A stretch of 14,680 nucleotides of DNA, from NCBI RefSeq assembly GCF_006345805.1, contig NW_021825705.1, positions 1 to 14,680 of the forward strand. Reading direction: 5' to 3'. Below the pieces are notes generated by a model. The model saw only the letters and a program-made list of their open reading frames with translations. It was not told the origin of the DNA and searched no databases. The position numbers were made by a program, and so were the translations under genes. This document shows, one piece after another, positions 1-9,351 of the stretch (position 1 is the first letter of the stretch; the number at the start of each line of letters is the position of its first letter). The DNA comes from Octopus sinensis. Its lineage: Eukaryota.

Positions 1-31
1 AAATACTGGTACATCATCTCCAAACCTTCTA

Positions 32-32
32 A

Positions 33-84
<52 letters not shown>

Positions 85-122
85 CATACACATACACACA
101 TACACATATACACATATACATA
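32..122. repeat. Compound microsatellite (ACGC)n then (ATAC/AC)n
   Basis: Directly visible tandem ACGC at 32-84, grading into ACAT/AC repeats. Confidence 0.97.
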
Positions 123-124
123 TG

Positions 125-370
125 TTACTTTATATAATTAGGGTTCAGTAAAACAGAACTTTTAGAAATAGTAGCCAAATAATTTAGCCATTTCCTCTAC
201 TGCTATTTCTAAAAGTTCGGTGTGGGGTGAAGCAAATTTTTTTGCGGAACCCTAATTATATAAAGTAATGTTTAAATTTACCGTAAATGGTCCTTTTACA
301 TACTGAACACTACTTGGTAAAATTATTAATTACTAATTAATTAATTAATGTTACCCTTATTATTATTGAG
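125..370 (-). mobile_element. Hairpin-containing interspersed element, copy 1 (unclassified; opposite orientation to copies at 3103 and 10536)
   Basis: Perfect 22-bp inverted repeat 125-146/247-268 with a nested 18/19-bp inverted repeat 156-174/200-218. The tail 270-370 (AAATGGTCCTTTTACATACTGAA..TACTTGGT) aligns by eye to the reverse complement of 10540-10615. Flanked by microsatellites on both sides. Confidence 0.75.
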
Positions 371-456
371 TATATATACTTATATATATATATATATACG
401 TTTATATATTCGTTTTGCAAGATTCTTAATGTGAAATCGTATGTTGAAACATGATT

Positions 457-567
457 TTGTATCTTATATAGCAAATGCCATCACCTACAGCCTTGTATCC
501 TATATACCAAATACCATCACCTGCGGCCTTGTATCCCATATAGCAAATATCATCCCCAGAATTGTAT
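457..567. repeat. Degenerate 36-bp minisatellite, about 3 units
   Basis: Units start with TTGTATC at 457, 493 and 529 (TTGTATCxxATATAxCAAATxxCATC...), plus a TTGTAT stub at 562. Confidence 0.85.
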
Positions 568-779
568 GCAAAATTAACTTCAACCTTCCTCTGGCATAGA
601 GCTGTATCATCTCTGCAAACTTTTATTCCACATTCTTTTTCTCACAAAATTATAAATGAACTGCCACAGACATCTTCACAGCTAATAAAATTGGAACGTC
701 AGTTTAATGAAAAGCACATTCAAATAAACATTCAACCAAGAAATCGATTACTTTTTAACTATCAACAGACAAACACTAG

Positions 780-1040
780 CTAATCAAAATTGTTATTCTG
801 TTGGCTAAGCGACCAACAGAATAACAATTACAGGATGAAACGAAATATCAGCCCTATCCAAATCCTGCGAAAACAACGAAAGTAGCATTTTTCGTATTCC
901 AGAGAACTCTAAACTTCTATTTAGACTTGATGCCCTCTTCTATGCACAAGAGCAAACACCTGTTGCAAAGAAAATATTTATTTACAACTGACAGCTCTAT
1001 CATCTGCGCCCAATAGTATCCGGATCTCTGTACCCAGTAA
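780..1040 (+). pseudogene. Degenerate Penelope-like retroelement reverse transcriptase fragment (N-terminal motifs)
   Basis: Frame from 825 reads QLQDETKYQPYPNPAKTTK...NFYLDLMPSSMHKSK, and after a frameshift HLRPIVSGSLYP (1001-1036). This matches the order of the PLE RT motifs L.D...Y, FYGLPK.HK and LRPIVS. Confidence 0.6.
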
Positions 1041-1157
1041 TGGAGAACCAACCATAAGTTTCACATCATAAATTTGGAATAAAAATTAAACGCATAACAT
1101 TTTATTGTTAACGGGCGAATTGATTTTTCACCATTTTCAGTATTCCTACATGTGTCT

Positions 1158-1494
1158 GAAGGCGCGTGGCTCAGTGGTTAGAGCGTCGAGCTTACGATCG
1201 TGAGGTTGTGAGCTCGAATCCCAGACCTGGCTGCGTGTTGTGTTCTTGAGCAAGACACTTTATTTCACGTTGCTCCAGTTCACTCAGCTGTAGAAATGAG
1301 TTGCGACGTCACAGGTGCCAAGCCGTATCGGCCCTTGCCTTTCCCTTGGACAACATCGGTGACGTGGAGAGGGGAGGCCGGTATGCATGGGCGACTGCTG
1401 GTCTTCCATAAAACAACCTTGCCCAGACTTGTGCCCCAGAGGGTAACTCTCTACGTGCAAACACATGGTCAGTGTCTGACCGAAGGGGGTCACC
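1158..1494 (+). mobile_element. tRNA-derived SINE (family A), apparently full length, with 10-bp TSD
   Basis: A box TGGCTCAGTGG 1167-1177, B-box-like GCTCGAATCC 1212-1221, core motif CTTGAGCAAGACACTT, 3' stem-loop GGTCAG-TGT-CTGACC. TSD ACATGTGTCT at 1148-1157 and 1495-1504. Confidence 0.9.
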
Positions 1495-2000
1495 ACATGT
1501 GTCTATGGATGTATGTATAAATATGAATACGCTAGCATGTTGATATATAGACTTGTATTCCTCAAGGTGAGAGCCCAAATGTGCACATACGATTTTGTAT
1601 TCATATATTTCTATGTTGTTTTGTTCGCATGGTTTTCAGAACATGCAGTCGAATAGTTTCAAATTATTACACATATTTTTGGGCTATGCAGGCTTAAAAC
1701 AAATGTGGGATATAGTATCGCTTTTACTTTGGTATTTATGCATTGTTGTATTTACGAATTTATCATACGTTCATATAAGTTTTGACTATTTCTGAAATAT
1801 TTTTCAAATGCTTTTTACTGTCTGATGTTCATGATATATATATATATATACATACGTACAACATGTCCCCAAACTCGCTGATGGGATTCAATTTTTAATA
1901 ACTTCCTTAACTTTACAAATAACTGCATGAAATTTTGACACAATATAAAGAACATAATGGAAGTTAATAAGCACAAGTCAAAGTTTGCAACACCACTACA

Positions 2001-2241
2001 TCATATGTGAAAAGTAGCATCGCTTAAATAGCAGCCATTTTCGACTTCGAACGCCCGTGCTCTTTCCAGAACTTGTACCATAACACCCTCAAGAGTTTCA
2101 GACCCCACTTCTCTGATTTCTCTATTGATGTTCTCCTTCAGTTGCACCAGGGTCCCTGGTTTGTTGACGTAAACAATCTCTTTCAGGTATCCTCAAAAGA
2201 CAAAATCAGGGCTAGTCAAGTTTGGGGGAACGTGAATGCCA
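2001..2241 (-). pseudogene. Transposase C-terminal remnant (inverted copy)
   Basis: Minus strand reads WHSRSPNLTSPDFVF*GYLKEIVYVNKPGTLVQLKENINREIREVGSETLEGVMVQVLERARAFEVENGCYLSDATFHI*. Confidence 0.85.
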
Positions 2242-2261
2242 TTCAAAGTAGACCTTACACA

Positions 2262-2540
2262 TGGTTCCCGCTACATGGGGCAAATGCTCATACCGCAAAG
2301 GAAACAATGCAGTTGCAACGGCAGTGCTTTGGAGAGAGAATAATCTCCTGCTACAGCAATGTCAACTGCCCTTCACGTTCCCCAGATTTGACTTGCCCGG
2401 ATTTTTTCTTGTGGGGATACTTGAAAGAGAGGGTCTACGTCAACAAACCAGAGACGCTGGTGCGACATCAACAGAGAAATCAGAGAAGTGGGGTCTAAAA
2501 CTTTTGAGAGTGTTATGGTAAAAAGTTTTGGACAGAGCAT
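2262..2540 (+). pseudogene. DD41D transposase catalytic-domain remnant
   Basis: WFPLHGANAHTA...CPSRSPDLTCPDFFLWGYLKERVYVNKPETL corresponds to WFQQDGA..H / WP.RSPDL.P.DFFLWGYLK. There are 41 residues between the mutated second Asp position and the third Asp. Deletions follow 2460. Confidence 0.88.
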
Positions 2541-2644
2541 TTTCCATCGGTGATGTAGTGAGGTTACAACATTTGATTTGTCCATATTACTCTACATTAT
2601 GCTCTTTCTATTTCATGCATATATATGTAAAGTTAAGGAAGTTA

Positions 2645-3048
2645 GGCGTAGGGGTGGCTGTGTGATAAATAGCTTGCTTACGAGCCACATGGTTCCGGGT
2701 TCAGTCCCACTGCGTGGCACCTTGAGCAAGTGTCTTCTACTATAGCCACGGGCAGACCAGAGACTTGTGAGTAGATTTCGTAGACGGAAACTGAAAAAAG
2801 CCCGTCGTATATATGTATATATATATATATATGTGCGTGTGTGTGTGTGTATGTTTGTGTGTCTGTGTTTGTCCCCCAACATCGCTTGACAACCGATGCT
2901 GGTGTGTTTACGTCCCCGTAACGTAGCGGTTCGGCAAAATAAGTACTACACTTACAAAGAATAAGTCTTGGGGTGGATTTGCTCGACTAAAGGGGTTGCT
3001 CCAGCATGACCACAGTCACTTGACTGAAACAAGTAAAAGAGTCAAAGT
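2645..3048 (+). mobile_element. tRNA-derived SINE (family B) with internal (TA)/(TG) microsatellite and 7-bp TSD
   Basis: A-box-like TGGCTGTGTG 2655-2664, B-box-like GGTTCAGTCCC 2698-2708, internal microsatellite about 2808-2870. TSD GAAGTTA at 2638-2644 and 3049-3055. Homologous to 13349-13844 (-). Confidence 0.92.
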
Positions 3049-3102
3049 GAAGTTATTAAAAATTGAAACCCATCAGTGACTTTTGGAACACCCTGTATTA
3101 CA

Positions 3103-3390
3103 AAATTTAGGATAAAATCACTTTGATCATTTTATCAAGTGGCCAGCGTGAAATAAAAACCTTGTAAGTAACATTTTATACTAAATTATAATTATGTAAA
3201 TAATTATATTCAAGGATGGGAATAAACCCCGCCAACACGCTCGAAATAGAGGTCAAATGGCTCTAAAAATCCGCTTACAACATGTGCTAATAGAGAATGG
3301 AAGTGTTTTTTAGCGCCATTTGGCGGCAGTTTCTATCATGTTGGTGCGATGTATGCGCACTCTTTAATATAATTATGTGAATAATTATGA
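3103..3390 (+). mobile_element. Hairpin-containing interspersed element, copy 2 (diverged)
   Basis: Nested inverted repeats 3188-3210/3366-3388 (20/23), 3232-3237/3339-3344 and 3254-3269/3307-3322 (15/16). Leader AATTTAGGATAAAAT..ATCATTTTATCAAGTGGCCAG resembles 10540-10586. Followed by (TA)n. Confidence 0.6.
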
Positions 3391-3396
3391 ATTAGT

Positions 3397-3397
3397 G

Positions 3398-3447
<50 letters not shown>

Positions 3448-3451
3448 TATG

Positions 3452-3482
<31 letters not shown>

Positions 3483-3764
3483 TAGTAGCGCTATTAACAC
3501 GAATTTTGTTTGTATTAATATCTATTTACTCTATGCATAAACTTGTATAATCGCACGTGCATATATTAAGTATATACTGAGTACACACAGTCACGCACGC
3601 ACACACAAACAAACAACTACACACGCGTATGTGTGCGCACACAAGTGTACGAAAGTTTACATGGATGTGTGTGTGTGTGTGTGCATACAGATAGATAGAT
3701 ACATGCATACATACATACATACATACATACATACATACACACATACATACACACATACATACAC

Positions 3765-3797
<33 letters not shown>

Positions 3798-3870
3798 CAT
3801 TGCATACATACATACGTAAATGCATACATACATACAGACAGACAGAAACACAGACAGATTGACTGAGATA
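3397..3870. repeat. Microsatellite cluster (TA)n, (TG)n, (CATA)n, (GACA)n
   Basis: Directly visible; explains the YVCM/HTYI ORFs. Confidence 0.95.
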
Positions 3871-4007
3871 GCTAAGTACGATATATGTATACATCTTTGG
3901 AATTCATTTTTAATATTTTTGATTTTTTTGTGCCTTCTTTTTGCATCTTTTAAACTTTGCTTAATTCAAACCTGTCACGAACGAAGTGACATGTCTCTTT
4001 TACTTAA

Positions 4008-4090
4008 ATGAAAACAGCTCTTGGGGTTTGCAGTTACTTGATTTGGTTGATGAATGCATTTGTTAGTGCGTGTCACGACAGAACACTAAT
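4008..4090 (+). CDS. Candidate first coding exon with signal-peptide-like sequence
   Basis: ATG at 4008 gives MKTALGVCSYLIWLMNAFVSA-CHDRTL (basic N-terminus, hydrophobic core, VSA cleavage-like site). Donor AT|GTATGT at 4091 (phase 2). No homology evidence. Confidence 0.25.
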
Positions 4091-4809
4091 GTATGTTTCA
4101 TTGGTTTTGTGGGTGGAGATTCATATGCATTCCATACGAACATGTTTTTATGTGCATACGTTCATTCAAATCTCTATTAATGGTTTACACAGTCTTCCTA
4201 TTTCCCGAATCGATTGTGTCTTGAGAGTGCGAATCAATCTATTCTGTTCTTTTAGTGGGCGGAGCCAATTTGAGGTAAACTTATGCATTTGTAGATTTCT
4301 ATGGAGATCTGTTCTTAAACAGCCCACTGTGATTGTTTTAATAGGAATTTATGAAAATATATAGGGAGTATATACGTGATTATAACGTTGCATGCAGATG
4401 TTTAGGGTAACTGTTCTCTTTAACGGGGCACAGATATTGCTCCTTATGTCTATATTTAAGAGCAGAAAATATTTTTGGGTTTCAAAAAGGATTTTATCCC
4501 TTATATGTACTGTTCATCACTATTTACTTGTTGGAAAATAATATATTTCTACATGTTTGTGAGTGTGTATATATATACACATATACACTCCTGTCACAAT
4601 CTGGGACCTTGAAGACTGCTTTAATGCAAGAGAGTATACTAGTCCCTTAATATTTGATATTCAACATTTCATCAATTCAATAAGACAATCAATACTTCAT
4701 TTCATTATACTATATATACTTTTTATACTAGATATTCTATATTCTACATTAATATTATGAAGAACATAAATAAAGCATAAAAAACAGAGCTGGAAATTCT
4801 TTGAATAAT

Positions 4810-4905
4810 ATATGTATGTATGTATGTATGTGTTATGTATGTATGTATGTATGTATGTATGTATGCATGTATGTATGTATGTATGCTTGCATGTATGTAT
4901 ATATA
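4810..4905. repeat. (ATGT)n microsatellite
   Basis: Directly visible. Confidence 0.95.
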
Positions 4906-5146
4906 AACGAATGTGTATGGTTGCAGATATATGCATGGCTTTTTTTAAAATCACTGGTGGTGTGCTTTAGTGCACAGATAGTAAAACAATATAAATGCAG
5001 TGGCTTAACAATTACCCAACCTGATTTAATTCACACCGAATTGTAAAACCTGATAATACATATGACCTTCAACGGCTATTGCATGTCACGACATTGAAGC
5101 AACCACACCTACTGATAACAACTTACTGGGAACACCTACAAAACGT

Positions 5147-5177
<31 letters not shown>

Positions 5178-5300
5178 TATATATATATACAATCAGTCAC
5201 ACAAAATTATATATATTAGTAATATCATATATATATATATATTATAATATATACAACAGTCACACAAAATACATATATAGTATATTCATATATAGCATAA
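5147..5300. repeat. (TA)n-rich tract with duplicated CAGTCACACAAAAT motif
   Basis: TA runs; the motif occurs at about 5194 and 5257. Confidence 0.85.
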
Positions 5301-5601
5301 TATGTATTCTTAACTTGAGTCAATATCCACAGTTACAAATAAAAACATTTTAGCGGGAATTTCGTATATATATATATATTGCTTATAATCTCTATATTTG
5401 GAAGAACCTATTTTAAACTCTGTTGAACTTTTGGACTTTACTCATAGGATATTGGAATGTTGCATGTATACTATTATGCCTAAAAAATGCATTTACAACT
5501 ACAATATCCATAGATATCTTGCATCTGTTATCTTTCCTCCATCTCACTCTCTGTTTTGTATCACATCGAAACTAACTATGACTTAACTATCTTCTCACAC
5601 C

Positions 5602-5653
5602 GTCTCCGATGAAGGGATATTATTAATAAATATCCTGGAAACAGCTGTAAGAC
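5602..5653 (+). ncRNA. Minimal type I hammerhead ribozyme motif (Penelope-associated type), U4C core variant
   Basis: Stem I GTCT/AGAC; core CCGATGA 5606-5612; stem II GGGATAT/ATATCCT; GAAA 5638-5641; palindromic stem III ACAGCTGT; GUA triplet ending at 5649. Confidence 0.75.
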
Positions 5654-5719
5654 CTATCTATAAATGCTCTAATATCTACAAAGCCTTGTTTTTTTATCTT
5701 ATTACACAAAAATTTAAAT

Positions 5720-5927
5720 CTTCACATGCGCCTCGTTTGTTTTTGAATTGTCGACTACACAGCATAGTAGAATTAGTTGGGCACCGTCTGTGAGAAAAAA
5801 ACAGCACCATGACGCAATTCTCTCGGCCAGAAATTTGGAAACGACATGCTGTACTACTTGGCATTCGCACTGGATTCTCCAATACGAATATTTTAGACAG
5901 TTGTGTGTCAATCTGAGATCAGTGCAA
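5720..5927 (+). mobile_element. Tc1/mariner transposon 5' fragment (N-terminal HTH remnant)
   Basis: ATG 5809 gives MTQFSRPEIWKRHAVLLGIRTGFSNTNIL, then frameshifted VNLRSVQ. Fits the R.A.......G.S...I...LGV...TV pattern of Tc1/mariner paired-like HTH domains. No TIR seen. Confidence 0.6.
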
Positions 5928-6219
5928 TCTGGGTACATGTACTGAAAATGATGAAAATCAAACACTCAATCAATATCAATGAGCTTGAAGTGATCACTAG
6001 TAATGGCGACACTCTACCTCAAGTCATCTCCCCATACGACCTGAGATGATATATATATATAATGAAGGGAAACGTTCAATTGTCAATAATTTTGACTATA
6101 TGTATTCATGCGTATATGTATTTATATGCATGAATACATGTGTACATGTATTCACACACGTATATGCTCATAATATATACATGTATTCTGTTGCACTGAT
6201 ATCACATATTACACACAGA

Positions 6220-6690
<471 letters not shown>

Positions 6691-6692
6691 AT

Positions 6693-7115
6693 GAGTACAG
6701 GACACCAAAAAGACGTCGAACACAATGAGAAACGAAAACATAGACACAAACCAAAGGAACTGGACATTTTTTTTAAACAACAAAAAAATAGAGTACAGGA
6801 CAATTAACACAAAGAAAAAACCCCTTCTTCAGTCGCTATGGTTTCATCTACTCTACGCTTCGAAGGTGAAAGCGACACGTATCTTCGACAAGAAACTTTC
6901 CTTCCTGCGAAAAGCAAATCAATTAAAATTCTGAGATCTTTTCGCAGAGGGGTAAAAAATGGTAACAAAAACAGGACAGTAACGACAGTACAAATTATAA
7001 ACAGTAAAAGACAGGACAAGGAAAAACAACCGAACGAAAAATACGCCGAACGAAAAAAAGTATTGCGAACGCGGATTCTTTTATGAACGACGAGCGGAGC
7101 ACAGTAAAACCAGTG
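6693..7115 (-). mobile_element. Microsatellite-adjacent interspersed repeat, possibly a Penelope-like terminal-repeat fragment
   Basis: Strong A/T strand skew, internal repeats GAGTACAGGACA (6693, 6791), 10-bp hairpin 6905-6914/6938-6947, and hammerhead-like half motifs on the minus strand at 6821-6866. Family assignment is inference. Confidence 0.4.
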
Positions 7116-7367
7116 TACATACATATGAAGGTACACATTTTTTTGTATTGTATAAATTGCTGTTTACCTGTCTTACGTGGTCCCGTGTTTCACTCTGATT
7201 CATAAAACATTCATTGAAGCAAAGGACATGTTCTCATTGTCACATTGTCATAGATAAACGAAACTTGCTAAATGGTTTCATGCCAGGGGTTTGAATAAAA
7301 AACATGCATAAATAAATGCCCCAAAGCTAAGAGAGACCTGCAAAGTCTAATGCTTTTCTTTCATCAG

Positions 7368-7426
7368 CGTAGTATATAAGCCATGTATGAATAGATTTTT
7401 CGAGAAGCGGGCCGTATCATCAGACG
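7368..7426 (+). CDS. Candidate internal exon (phase 2 to 1)
   Basis: Strong acceptor CTAATGCTTTTCTTTCATCAG|; the only open frame is VVYKPCMNRFFEKRAVSSD; donor G|GTGCGC. Phases fit the candidates at 4008-4090 and 8287. Confidence 0.3.
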
Positions 7427-7545
7427 GTGCGCGCTACTAAAAGAACTCTCTAAGTAATATTTCACTAAGTAGACCGTTCATAAACCCTCAAAGCCCAAAT
7501 GCAGATTTCACAACGGCACACATAAAGCTTTCTTTAAATACTTTT

Positions 7546-7950
7546 AAGACGGCGAGCTAGCAGAGTCGTTAGTACGCCGGGCGAAATGCGTAGCCGTATT
7601 CCGTCGGCCATTACGTTCTGAGATCAAATTCAGTCGATGTCCACTTTGCCTTTCATCCTTTTGGGGTCGATTAAATAAGTATCAGTTACGCACTGGGGTC
7701 GATATAGTCGACTTAATCCCTTTATCTGTCCTTGTTTATCCCCTCTGCGTTTTGCCCCTTGTGGGTAGTAAAGAAATAGGTATTTCGTCTGCCGCTACTT
7801 TCTGAGTTCGAATTCCACCGAGGTCGACTTTGCCTTTCATCCATTCGGGGTCGATAAATCAAATACCAGTCGCGTACTTGGGTCGATGTTATCGACTGGC
7901 TCGCTCACATAAAATTTTGGGTCCTCTGCCTTGAGTAGAAAATATTATTT
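7546..7950 (+). mobile_element. tRNA-derived SINE (family C), dimer-like
   Basis: Head GGCGAGCTAGCAGA; B-box-like GAGATCAAATTC and GAGTTCGAATTCC; the body is repeated from about 7779. Homologous to copies at 9750, 11668, 11912 and 12266. Confidence 0.9.
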
Positions 7951-8021
7951 TTTACTGCCCATACCTGGGATAATTGGTGTGAGATTGGATAAATATTCTC
8001 TTCTGGAACTAAGGTCTAAAC

Positions 8022-8133
8022 AGATCTAGATATGTTTTGAATTACAGAAAATATTCCAAAATTTAAATATTCTTGAGTTACAGAAAATATTCGTAGATCC
8101 AAATATTTTTTTCAATTATAGAAAATAATCCGT
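8022..8133. repeat. Degenerate 36-38-bp minisatellite, about 3 units
   Basis: TTAC/TAGAAAATA recurs at 8042, 8078 and 8116. Confidence 0.75.
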
Positions 8134-8286
8134 TATATATTCCTAGAATCTAGGTTGACAGACGTTCTCTTCCCCGACATATATGGTGAAACTCACAAGC
8201 AAAGAAGCTATATTTGAATAGTTTAAACTTGCTTATTTCTATCGAGTACCTTCTTGAAATTGACGAAACTTTCATCTATTTTATAG

Positions 8287-8486
8287 CGTTCCCACAGTTT
8301 ATCACTGAGATATCTATGTATCCATATTTAATAAACGAAGTTCGATGGCTAGTATATTGCAATGCAATTAGTCAAATTCCATTAGAACATTCTTTGATCA
8401 GCAATCCGACACTGTTTGGAGCTGACCACGCTGGTATAACTGTGTTCAAAGTGTTGTACGATATGGCGAATTATATACAACAGGAT
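8287..8486 (+). CDS. Candidate internal exon, unidentified product (weakly Ig-like)
   Basis: Acceptor TTCATCTATTTTATAG|; single open frame FPQFITEISMYPYLINEVRWLVYCNAISQIPLEHSLISNPTLFGADHAG..YIQQD; donor GAT|GTAAGA at 8487, or alternative G|GTATAA at 8434. Non-repetitive sequence. Confidence 0.4.
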
Positions 8487-8543
8487 GTAAGAAGATTAAT
8501 GTTATTGATTACCAAAATTTTTCACTGAACTCACTCACGTCAG

Positions 8544-8623
8544 TCATGACATTTACAAAAGCTTCCGTATCCAACAATGTCATTACGTTTATCTACGTAT
8601 CAAATGTCAGGGGATTCTGTAAA
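8544..8623 (+). CDS. Candidate internal exon (phase 1 to 0)
   Basis: CAG| at 8543; MTFTKASVSNNVITFIYVSNVRGFCK; donor AAA|GTAAGA at 8624. In phase only with the 8434 donor. Confidence 0.25.
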
Positions 8624-8852
8624 GTAAGATGTTTTAGATAGAGAGTATATTTGTAAATAAACAAAGCTAATCGATCGTATAGTTGTAGGGAATAGAGTTA
8701 ACGTAAATAAAGTGTAAACTGTGTTGCCTTTTGTAGAGCTTTTCTCACATTATTTGTATTCAAATGCATTCCGAACAGCGAGTTTGTGTTTAATATCTTT
8801 AATTGATCTTTATAGCTCAAAGATTGAATATATTGACGTTTTGCATTAATAG

Positions 8853-9351
8853 ATCGCAGCAGAACATCAGTTTGTAATAGGAAACATCGCAGCAGAACAT
8901 CAGTTTGTAATAGGAAACATCGCAGCAGAACATCAGTTTGTAATAGGAAACATCGCAGCAGAACATCAGTTTGTAATAGGAAACATCGCAGCAGAACATC
9001 AGTTTGTAATAGGAAACATCGCAGCAGAACATCAGTTTGTAATAGGAAACATCGCAGCAGAGCAGAACATAGTTTGTAATAGGAAACATCGCAGCAGAAC
9101 ATCAGTTTGTAATAGGAAACATCGCAGCAGAACATCAGTTTGTAATAGGAAACATCGCAGCAGAACATCAGTTTGTAATAGGAAACATCGCAGCAGAACA
9201 TCAGTTTGTAATAGGAAACATCGCAGCAGAACATCAGTTTGTAATAGGAAACATCGCAGCAGAACATCAGTTTGTAATAGGAAACATCGCAGCAGAACAT
9301 CAGTTTGTAATAGGAAACATCGCAGCAGAACATCAGTTTGTAATAGGAAAC
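8853..9351. repeat. 33-bp minisatellite, 15 units (14 identical, one 37-bp variant)
   Basis: Unit ATCGCAGCAGAACATCAGTTTGTAATAGGAAAC. Unit 7 (9051-9087) has an extra AGCAG and lacks one C. Confidence 0.98.

Larger units (their letters stand above)
1859..3095. mobile_element. Non-autonomous Tc1/mariner (DD41D/rosa-type) fold-back element
   Basis: TA at 1857-1858 and 3096-3097. Termini CAACATGTCCCCAAA.. and ..TTTGGAACACCCTG are imperfect inverted repeats, and inverted similarity extends inward about 380 bp. Transposase remnants on both strands; right arm interrupted by a SINE. Confidence 0.88.

Noticed and set aside
1161-1232. Functional tRNA gene
   Set aside because: It has A/B boxes but no proper acceptor stem, and it continues into a SINE body bounded by a TSD.
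1375-1440. HDV-like ribozyme in SINE A (GGCCGGTATG start)
   Set aside because: I could not build the nested double-pseudoknot pairings by eye.
1284-1578. Overlapping ORFs in GC-richer sequence (also 2613-2882, 9638-9914, 11865-12059)
   Set aside because: They lie wholly or mostly within SINE bodies.
2073-2498. Intact 141-aa transposase gene
   Set aside because: The first 55 or so codons are the antisense of the inverted arm, the catalytic Asp is mutated, and the N-terminal domains are absent.
6725-7136. Lys/Arg-rich and Phe/Leu-rich ORFs
   Set aside because: Explained by A-rich strand skew in a repeat; no recognisable domain.
8698-9333. Minus-strand 211-aa and 90-aa ORFs as genes
   Set aside because: Their length and start codons come from the 33-bp repeat. 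A minus-strand acceptor-like site exists at 9352-9353, but I could not chain it to an open downstream exon. Not fully excluded.
8853-9351. CRISPR array (33-bp repeats)
   Set aside because: Units are directly adjacent with no unique spacers, there are no cas genes, and the context is eukaryotic.
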